This document shows positions 1 to 6,381 of a stretch of DNA of 27,300 bases, piece after piece. Position 1 is the first letter of the stretch. Each line of letters begins with the position of its first letter. The notes beneath the pieces were generated by a model. The model ran no database searches and was not told the origin of the DNA. It saw nothing but the letters and a program-made list of their open reading frames with translations. Made by a program: the position numbers and the translations under genes. Source of the stretch: a virus (taxonomy: Duplodnaviria; Caudoviricetes); the IMG/VR virus record IMGVR_UViG_3300005805_000378, positions 1 through 27,300 of that record; one strand, given 5' to 3'.

Positions 1-72
1 GTATTAGGGGGGAGGGACACCCACCTTGTCAAGACCCTAATAGTAAAAAAAGTTTAATTGGAGGCAAAAAAT

Positions 73-585
73 ATGATGGACGTTGAACAAATCAAACAAC
101 TGATGCTGATTCTAAGAGCTGAGTACGGCAACAAGGTGGTCTGCACCGAGGATAGAGCAAGCGTGTGGCAGGTGGTCCTAGCTCACGCCTCGTATAACGA
201 AGCACAGCTCGCTATAGCGAAACTTCTCTCTGAGGCCAGACCTTTCCCTCCCTCGATAGGAGAAATCAACCAGGAGGTCATTAGAGGCCGTAAAACGGAA
301 ACAGCAGACTGGTCTCAGTTATGGGACGCCGTGGCCGAGGCAGGGTCTCGCTCGCTCTACTACGCCGAAGAGGAAGCGGCTAAGCTCCCACCGTCAGCCT
401 TAAAGGCTATAGGCGGCATACCAGGTCTAAAGGAGGTCGCAAACAGCACCCCAGACCATATCGCGGTTATCCGCGCACAATTTCGTCAGAGGCTGGAAGC
501 AGCAACCGAGAACCAGGATACCCAGGTCACTCGAAAAAACCTGTTACGGTCCCTGCCGAAAATCAACGTAAAACAAATAGGATGA
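73..585 (+). CDS. Putative replicative helicase loader/inhibitor (SPP1 G39P N-terminal-like)
   Basis: N-terminal pattern 'EQIKQLMLILRAEY...VWQVVL...YNEAQLAI...PFPPSIGEI' matches my recollection of Inhibitor_G39P-type proteins. ATG at 73 is preceded by GGAGG at 60-64, so it is preferred over the TTG at 58. Confidence 0.65.
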   Translation: MMDVEQIKQLMLILRAEYGNKVVCTEDRASVWQVVLAHASYNEAQLAIAKLLSEARPFPPSIGEINQEVIRGRKTETADWSQLWDAVAEAGSRSLYYAEEEAAKLPPSALKAIGGIPGLKEVANSTPDHIAVIRAQFRQRLEAATENQDTQVTRKNLLRSLPKINVKQIG

Positions 586-836
586 ATATGGCGTTCGCAA
601 AAAAGACAAGAGAAGAGTGGGATGCAGAGGCTAAGGCAAAGAACCTGCAGAAGGCCGTCGATAACATCGACATGGTGAAGCAAATCGCTAAGGCCGCAGG
701 CTTAGGCGCAGACAGCAAGACCGACGCGCTGCTTATGATTCTCCTCTCAGAGATCATGAACCTCAACAACAACCTCTATTGGATCAATCACGCACTAAAA
801 AAAGCTAAAACCTCTAGCGATAACGTGCCGTTCTAA
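582..836 (+). CDS. Hypothetical protein (84 aa) ending in an SSB-like tail, SSDNVPF
   Basis: ATGA overlap with the upstream gene and co-directional in the operon; no family recognised. Confidence 0.7.
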   Translation: MNMAFAKKTREEWDAEAKAKNLQKAVDNIDMVKQIAKAAGLGADSKTDALLMILLSEIMNLNNNLYWINHALKKAKTSSDNVPF

Positions 837-900
837 TGTATACAGATGGTCGCAGGTGCTTACTCCATGGGTGCCTGCGACCTTTGTTGGAGACAAATAC

Positions 901-1260
901 ATGACTAGACAACGAAACGACTCACACTCAACCGAGTTCGGTCTGTGGCTACGCAATCAAAAAAGCCTCGACCAGAAGCACGGCTACCTCGCTACAAACC
1001 TGGATTATATCTGGGGAAACTACAACAAACTTAAGTGGATGATGATTGAAGAGAAACGCTGGAGAGCGCCTCTTCGTCAGGCACAACGTGACCTAATCGA
1101 AGTCCTCGACCAATGCTGCAAGAAAGACCCCATGTACGAAGGGTTTCATGTGCTGCAATTCGAACGAACGTCACCGGATGACGGACGAGTATGGTGGGAC
1201 GATAAAGAAATAAGCAAAGAAGAACTACTTCAGCTATTATCGTTTAGGATCACACTATGA
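901..1260 (+). CDS. Hypothetical protein, possible PD-(D/E)xK nuclease-fold
   Basis: 'NLDYIW...WMMIEEK...LRQAQ' resembles the D...ExK...Q arrangement of restriction-endonuclease-like folds. ATG at 901 follows GGAG. Confidence 0.5.
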   Translation: MTRQRNDSHSTEFGLWLRNQKSLDQKHGYLATNLDYIWGNYNKLKWMMIEEKRWRAPLRQAQRDLIEVLDQCCKKDPMYEGFHVLQFERTSPDDGRVWWDDKEISKEELLQLLSFRITL

Positions 1261-1499
1261 ACAAATACTACAGCAGTCACAGAATCACAGACGGGAAATG
1301 GGAAGTGGTAGTGTGGATACGCGAAGACGAGAACTACACCCACGATCCAATTCAGAGACCAGACTTACGAGACCTTATAAACAAACACTACAACGCATCT
1401 CCAATAGAGATGGCGCGAGCAATTCTTGAGACGGTGTTACATGCGGAAAAAGTACAAGTCGATTCATTTGGAGGCAAAGGTGTTTATGTCGAGCGATAG
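1257..1499 (+). CDS. Hypothetical protein (80 aa)
   Basis: ATGA overlap with the upstream ORF; tightly packed operon. Confidence 0.65.
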   Translation: MNKYYSSHRITDGKWEVVVWIREDENYTHDPIQRPDLRDLINKHYNASPIEMARAILETVLHAEKVQVDSFGGKGVYVER

Positions 1500-1704
1500 C
1501 AAAACTAAAGACCAGTTGGCACAGGAATACGTCGATTACATGATTGAAAGAATCGGTGAGGGTAAAATCTACCCAGAGAACCTTAAAGACGCTTACTGTT
1601 CCGGCTACTTGCGCGGTACAATAGACACACTACTGAAGGAAGTTGCCGACTTCAGTAGCGACATATCCGTCTATATACCCGGCAAGATTAAAGAGGACGC
1701 ATAA
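1486..1704 (+). CDS. Hypothetical protein (72 aa)
   Basis: In-frame ATG at 1486 within the listed 1426-1704 ORF, with GGAGG/AAGGTG upstream. Its stop overlaps the next start (TAATG). Confidence 0.6.
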   Translation: MSSDSKTKDQLAQEYVDYMIERIGEGKIYPENLKDAYCSGYLRGTIDTLLKEVADFSSDISVYIPGKIKEDA

Positions 1705-1862
1705 TGCCACTGAACAAGAAGGGACTTAAAATCCGCGCCGCAATGGAAAAGTACTACGGCAAGGAGAAGGGTGAAGATGTCTTTTACGCAAGCGAGAATA
1801 AGGGAACAATCAAAGGCGTAACAAAGAAAGAGAAGAAGGCAAAAGATGGCAAGGGAAAGTAA
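1704..1862 (+). CDS. Small Lys-rich conserved phage protein (52 aa), absent from the ORF track
   Basis: Hand translation: MPLNKKGLKIRAAMEKYYGKEKGEDVFYASENKGTIKGVTKKEKKAKDGKGK*. TAATG coupling, GAGG upstream, and it fills the gap exactly. Resembles the 'MPLxKKG..YG..KG..VFYAS.NKG.I.GV' proteins I recall from aquatic phages. Confidence 0.85.
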   Translation: MPLNKKGLKIRAAMEKYYGKEKGEDVFYASENKGTIKGVTKKEKKAKDGKGK

Positions 1863-2109
1863 GATCCGTCAAAGCCTTGAAAAAAACATACGCTTGAACA
1901 AACCTTTTCGCACACCAGGAGAGCGTAAGAAGTTCGCTGTGTATGTAAAAAACGAAAACGGCAACGTCATAAAAGTTCGCTTCGGAGATCCTAACATGAA
2001 GATCCGAAAGAACGAGCCAGAGCGACGCAAGAGTTTTCGAGCACGGCATAACTGCGACGATCCCGGACCCAAAACAAAGGCGCGTTATTGGTCTTGTAGG
2101 AATTGGTAG
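1846..2109 (+). CDS. Small basic protein, DUF5754/DUF6321-like (possible nucleic-acid binding)
   Basis: Motif 'KKFAVYVK...VRFGDPNM...ERRKSFRARHNC...ARYWSC..W' is typical of a widespread viral family. Confidence 0.7.
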   Translation: MARESKIRQSLEKNIRLNKPFRTPGERKKFAVYVKNENGNVIKVRFGDPNMKIRKNEPERRKSFRARHNCDDPGPKTKARYWSCRNW

Positions 2110-2717
2110 TGAATGCAGATATCCCACCTCTAAAAGTATGGATACATAACCGACATCTCCTCGACAACGATGAGGCAGACGGATACGAGGCAGGATACGC
2201 ATTCGCTATTCAATCCTTTAAAGGTCGCGCATTGCAGTTTCATGTACTGCTACAATCTGGCGCGCACTTTCGCCATGTCCCTCTTCACTGGGTACTCCAC
2301 GACATTGCAGCAACAGAGACCTACGACCTGGAGCGCCTACAGCTCTGGGACTGCTTCAGCTACAAGCCAATCGTCACAGTTTTTGACTTCTTGCGCGATT
2401 ACTCATGTAACGCCACCCTAAAAGACAAAAGGACTGTGCATGGCCAATACTGGTTTACGATTGATTGGATTCCTGACAGCGACGATAAGCCTGGTCTCTT
2501 GCTCCAGCCTGACCAAAACAAATGTGCACACGTCCTACTGCTGGCTAACGGACAAGTCGCGTGTCTGCCTACCAACCGCGTGGCTTTCAAGGACGCCTAC
2601 TTCATTGGTAATCAACCAGAACCCGGAAAACGAGGGTATAAGACAATCCCTACCGTTTGGAGCGCCGAGGATTGTGATAGATGGTCAGTAGCAGACACCG
2701 ATGAGACGTACTACTAA
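2109..2717 (+). CDS. Conserved phage hypothetical protein
   Basis: Motifs 'NADIPP', 'GRALQFH', 'LQLWDCFSY', 'YWFTIDW', 'KCAH..L.NGQ...PTNR' are as I recall from aquatic phage hypotheticals. The GTG at 2109 overlaps the upstream TAG; the start is uncertain (2103 or 2109). Confidence 0.75.
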   Translation: MNADIPPLKVWIHNRHLLDNDEADGYEAGYAFAIQSFKGRALQFHVLLQSGAHFRHVPLHWVLHDIAATETYDLERLQLWDCFSYKPIVTVFDFLRDYSCNATLKDKRTVHGQYWFTIDWIPDSDDKPGLLLQPDQNKCAHVLLLANGQVACLPTNRVAFKDAYFIGNQPEPGKRGYKTIPTVWSAEDCDRWSVADTDETYY

Positions 2718-3084
2718 GTTCAAACATGGTCCTGAAGAACTGGAAATGTTCGCCTTCTTCGACTTCTGTCGCTACATGGAAGAACAACACCCTGCATATA
2801 GACTCGCGTTCCACGTTCCAAACGAGCGTAAAGCCTCTATACAGCGCCGTGTTGCGCTAAAACGAGCAGGGGTAAGGAAGGGTATCCCCGACATAGTTAT
2901 CCCCGTTCCTAACGAGAAATACGCAGGTCTCTACATCGAGATGAAAGTTAAGCCAAATAAGGCATCTCCCGAACAGATGGCTGTACTACGGCATCTCAAC
3001 TCAGTGGGGAATTATGCTGTACTGTGCTGGTCAGCATCGGAGGCAATCGAAACGCTTAAAAAGTATGTGGCTAACCAACTATGA
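2701..3084 (+). CDS. VRR-NUC domain nuclease (putative Holliday junction resolvase)
   Basis: Canonical 'FHVPNE...LKRAGVRKGIPD...GLYIEMK...SPEQ' signature. Confidence 0.9.
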   Translation: MRRTTKFKHGPEELEMFAFFDFCRYMEEQHPAYRLAFHVPNERKASIQRRVALKRAGVRKGIPDIVIPVPNEKYAGLYIEMKVKPNKASPEQMAVLRHLNSVGNYAVLCWSASEAIETLKKYVANQL

Positions 3085-3578
3085 TGTCAGACAACCATAG
3101 GCCATGGAAAACCAGTAAAAGCGGAGAAGATTCCCCGTCCAACGAAACACCAGAAAGAAACTTGTGGTTCGCTGTAATCGAGCGAGCACTTAAAGACTAC
3201 TGCTTCTTCTTCAATAAACTCTCAACTACAGGCCAGGGACAGCTTATAAACTGCGAGAGCAGGTCTCCAACCTTCAACAATGACTTTAATCTAAAAGCCA
3301 TCGGCGAGTTTAACAGGCTACGTTGGTTCCTCTTTGAAAAAGAACCGCACCCATTCAACCTCACATACCTAACAGAACAACTATACGATGACGGAGAAGG
3401 CGCAGCCTCCTGCATACGCAAGCAGGCCGTCATGCAGTTCAAGCTGCACTTCCTTACAACCGAAGAACTCGGACGCTTTGTAGCAATAACATCCTACATC
3501 AGAGACAGAATACGAATATGCGCCTCCGACGCAGCAGAGAAAGAAAGCGCGCTACGTTACAAAAAGTTTAGACTGTAG
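3081..3578 (+). CDS. Phage hypothetical protein (possible regulator)
   Basis: ATGA overlap; 'PERNLWFAVIERALKD...WF' motif is common in small phage proteins; last gene of the + arm. Confidence 0.65.
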   Translation: MMSDNHRPWKTSKSGEDSPSNETPERNLWFAVIERALKDYCFFFNKLSTTGQGQLINCESRSPTFNNDFNLKAIGEFNRLRWFLFEKEPHPFNLTYLTEQLYDDGEGAASCIRKQAVMQFKLHFLTTEELGRFVAITSYIRDRIRICASDAAEKESALRYKKFRL

Positions 3579-3764
3579 CTACTTCTTCTTCTTGTCTTTA
3601 ATCGACCAAACTTGCGACACGCCATAGAGAACAGCGCCAGACACAACAGGCGTCGCTGCTTCAGCCAACTGATGTGACTCAGCCTCTGATACACCTATTG
3701 TCAAAAGACCTCCGGCTACTAACGTAAGGAGGTGTCGGATTACCGATGCGATAATAAATTCCAT
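3579..3764 (-). CDS. Putative holin (Pam3 gp28-like small 2-TM protein)
   Basis: 61 aa with two hydrophobic segments, 'IRHLLT..GG', 'WS' and a basic tail KDKKKK; last gene of the late operon. Confidence 0.7.
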   Translation of the reverse strand: MEFIIASVIRHLLTLVAGGLLTIGVSEAESHQLAEAATPVVSGAVLYGVSQVWSIKDKKKK

Positions 3765-4582
3765 GCTATGCTTCCTGCTTCTTTAGTTTTAAACACAGAC
3801 GAACTGCAACGACGCTCGGATGGAGGCGTGAATGAGGGGGACATGTTGCGCGAAGTATCTTTAACGCCGTTGCAATTCATCCATGACGACCAATAAAACC
3901 GCAAGTCGCACTGTCTAGTGTTTCGGTAGAACCTTCTGATGTCAACAGGTTTTGAAAGTTCCTCTCCGTCAAGGTCGGCAATGCAGGGAGAGGACAATCC
4001 TGGGTCGGAACCGTGTCGCTCACACACCGTGCCTTTAACGCAACCTCCCTTAAGTGGGTTGTCCACAAGAACACAAGCAGGCATAGCAACAGATACAATA
4101 TCAAGCATAACTTTCCGAGCTGGTCCATAAAGGTCACACTCCAGACAAGGCGATACATAACAGGTAAGCGGTCCCTTGGAGGCCGCAATACGTCTCTTAA
4201 ACCGCTCTACAACGCGCTGAAACTTTCGCCTGACGTCAGACCTAGGTTTGAGCATTTTACGGCTCGCAGAGGCTGCAGACTGCTTATAAAGCACATCAGA
4301 CGGCTCGCACCTGTTGTTCCTCATGCAGGGAGAGTTTATGAGGTGGATGCGAAGAATCTTTTCCTTGTTGCTACGAAGGATTCGCTTGCCACACTCGCAC
4401 TTCTCACCAAACGACTCCTCAAGCCAGCCAGTAATAATAGGCTTGCCGTCCCAAGTACGCATCACATTGTCGCAATCCCAAGTACGATTGCACAAACCTA
4501 TGTAACTAACTCCCTGCGCGATAACCGTGCGCCACGGTGCTAAAACAGATACACAAAGTATCGCTGCAAGCAGTAACCTCAT
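3740..4582 (-). CDS. Secreted cysteine-rich protein of unknown function in the lysis cassette
   Basis: Signal-peptide-like N-terminus (MRLLLAAILCVSVLAP...VIA/QG); 17 Cys in 280 aa; overlaps both neighbouring genes. Confidence 0.8.
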   Translation of the reverse strand: MRLLLAAILCVSVLAPWRTVIAQGVSYIGLCNRTWDCDNVMRTWDGKPIITGWLEESFGEKCECGKRILRSNKEKILRIHLINSPCMRNNRCEPSDVLYKQSAASASRKMLKPRSDVRRKFQRVVERFKRRIAASKGPLTCYVSPCLECDLYGPARKVMLDIVSVAMPACVLVDNPLKGGCVKGTVCERHGSDPGLSSPCIADLDGEELSKPVDIRRFYRNTRQCDLRFYWSSWMNCNGVKDTSRNMSPSFTPPSERRCSSSVFKTKEAGSIAWNLLSHR

Positions 4583-4821
4583 TTCTCTAATACCTTGTCC
4601 AGCTTTTGCTCTATGCGCTCAAGCCGCGACTTAATAGTACTAAGCTCAACATTGGCAACCTGTACCTGCATCGTAAGGTTGTATTTGCTCTGCTCCAACT
4701 CCTTAAGAGAGTTCTTCACCTGCCGATAATCCATGCCAACAAGCGATATGATGATGCCAATAACTCCCTTAAGCAAAAGGTCAAGCCAGTAACGAAACTC
4801 AGTAATGTCGTGCTCTGTCAT
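4579..4821 (-). CDS. Single-TM plus coiled-coil membrane protein (holin/antiholin/i-spanin-like)
   Basis: TM 'WLDLLLKGVIGIIISLVGM' followed by a heptad-rich tail ending 'LERIEQKLDKVL'; directly downstream of the putative endolysin. Confidence 0.65.
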   Translation of the reverse strand: MTEHDITEFRYWLDLLLKGVIGIIISLVGMDYRQVKNSLKELEQSKYNLTMQVQVANVELSTIKSRLERIEQKLDKVLEK

Positions 4822-5210
4822 ACAATCTCAAGCGCTGCTTCCTCCACTCCAAGCATCTCTGTCATGAAGTTGGCGACCGCAGCTCTACTTGAGAGGATTG
4901 CAGACTCAGTGCCAACAGTTCCGTACATTAGTCCAAGTAATATACAACCGTGCGTATCCTTGTGCGTGTTACCTGCATGAATAAGTATCTCACTCCTGTC
5001 AGGCACATCCAAAACCTTAAACACTTTGCCAAACTTTGGAGACGTGTGTCGCCTGATGGTATACGTGCCTTTCGGTATGCACGACACCATACGCTCATTG
5101 TCGCGCCACGCATCTTCAAGCGTTACAAACATCGGCCTATCATCAATACAAAGCACACCAAACGTAGCGCCGTTGTGCTCTGTAACTCTGATGAGCCTAA
5201 GCGTTCTCAC
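4818..5210 (-). CDS. DUF5675 family protein, L,D-transpeptidase (YkuD)-like putative endolysin
   Basis: 'T.G.L...TLE....N....SCIPKGTY...SPKFG...VPDRSEILIHAGN..KDT.GCILLG...S..A' is the DUF5675 signature with a His/Cys dyad; GTG start. Confidence 0.88.
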   Translation of the reverse strand: MRTLRLIRVTEHNGATFGVLCIDDRPMFVTLEDAWRDNERMVSCIPKGTYTIRRHTSPKFGKVFKVLDVPDRSEILIHAGNTHKDTHGCILLGLMYGTVGTESAILSSRAAVANFMTEMLGVEEAALEIV

Positions 5211-5446
5211 TTTGGCGGCTCAGGAAATACGATAAGTTTTGGATCGTCGTTCTGCTGCATCATGTCACGCAATGCTTGGCGATAGACTGCCCAGTCCCAC
5301 TTGTTAGGGAGGTCTACATCTGGAAGTTGAGTATAATCGGATGCTGCAAGCTGTGCGTTTCTCCAATAACGAATGATACCTTTCAGTTGTTCGTCGCTCA
5401 CTGTTGTTTCGTCTACATTAAAAGTGAGAAGAGACTGCCAAATCAT
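5207..5446 (-). CDS. Tail fiber assembly chaperone (Phage_tail_APC-like)
   Basis: 'IRYWRNAQLAASDYTQLPD...WAVYRQALRD...FPEPP'. The likely start is the ATG at 5446, just after the fiber stop. Confidence 0.85.
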   Translation of the reverse strand: MIWQSLLTFNVDETTVSDEQLKGIIRYWRNAQLAASDYTQLPDVDLPNKWDWAVYRQALRDMMQQNDDPKLIVFPEPPK

Positions 5447-5448
5447 AA

Positions 5449-6372
5449 TTATTCGCCTCTGTAAGTATATGAAGCAGCAATTTGCGCCCCTGTTAAAGTT
5501 CCCCAATTTGTAGTTGTTAATCCTGAATAAACTCGAAAAGTTCCGGCAGCATTGTTGAAAGTCAAAGTACTCACCCAATTACTTGCTACAGAAGCATTGT
5601 ATGCCAAAACGCTTGTAATGTACTGTCCCACTAAAGCTGCTGATGTATTGATTGGCATTGTTATATTTAGTTGGCCAGCACTTGATGTGTTGAATTGCAC
5701 ATAATAAATAATGTGAACAGCTTTACCAATTTTGCGATAAAGTGCTTGTGAAACAACAACACTTGAAACGCTACCAGATGTAGTTGTTATTGTAGGGGTC
5801 CAAGTCAACCATCCGCCAGGATCGTTAGTGATAACAAAATTAGTACCGTCATAAACTACTTCCATCAAAGCACCGGCGACCCAAGTGCCAAGAGTAGGAT
5901 TAGTAGCATCTTCATTGTTTACAAGATTCTTTGCACCTACGCTGTTTACGTTTAGCGTGTGTGCTGTCGCAGTAGATCCAGTAGACCCCAATCCGCTGCC
6001 AATTTTCATGCGGAATTTTTGACCAGCCTTGTATGCCGTAATGGCTGGTGTTGCTGTAGCCGTTTGCGCCGTAGCAGTACCGCCTGTAGTACCAAGCCAG
6101 ATAAAATCACCGTCTTGCACCTGTCCAACAGCAGCATACTCATTGCGAGCAGAAGCATTCGCAACATTAGTATGTTTTTTGGCATTCATTGGAAGGTTTT
6201 GAGTTGGAAAGTTTTGTCCATCCAATGTAAGGCAGTTGTTAATACCTGAAGCAAAGTCGTTATCCTGCGTGTCGTGACGGCCAGCTTCGATACCAATGCC
6301 AAGAGAGGCGTCACCAACCCAACCGCCTGTGGCGTTGTTACCCTTTGTGTATGTTCCCGCATTCCAACCCAT
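5449..6372 (-). CDS. Tail fiber / receptor-binding protein
   Basis: Podophage-type anchor N-terminus ('D..DNDFASGINNCLTLDGQ...NLPM...HTNV...YAAVGQVQ'), a Thr/Gly-rich middle and a beta-rich C-terminal domain ('WTPT...YRKIGKAVHI'); followed by a chaperone gene. Confidence 0.85.
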   Translation of the reverse strand: MGWNAGTYTKGNNATGGWVGDASLGIGIEAGRHDTQDNDFASGINNCLTLDGQNFPTQNLPMNAKKHTNVANASARNEYAAVGQVQDGDFIWLGTTGGTATAQTATATPAITAYKAGQKFRMKIGSGLGSTGSTATAHTLNVNSVGAKNLVNNEDATNPTLGTWVAGALMEVVYDGTNFVITNDPGGWLTWTPTITTTSGSVSSVVVSQALYRKIGKAVHIIYYVQFNTSSAGQLNITMPINTSAALVGQYITSVLAYNASVASNWVSTLTFNNAAGTFRVYSGLTTTNWGTLTGAQIAASYTYRGE

Positions 6373-6381
6373 TGTGCTCTC

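Noticed and set aside
2-52. Inverted repeat TATTAGGG/CCCTAATA (2-9, 35-42) with TTGACA on the minus strand and an A-run
   Set aside because: The A-run is on the wrong side for a terminator on either strand, there is no properly spaced -10 box, and the context is cut by the window edge.
4550-4582. Cys10 of the 280-aa protein as a lipoprotein (o-spanin) lipobox
   Set aside because: The preceding residues A-I-L do not fit [LVI][ASTVI][GAS]C, and the hydrophobic stretch continues past the Cys.
5447-5578. 44-aa N-terminal extension of the chaperone ORF in the track
   Set aside because: It overlaps the tail fiber gene in another frame; the ATG at 5446 fits the family length and gene packing.
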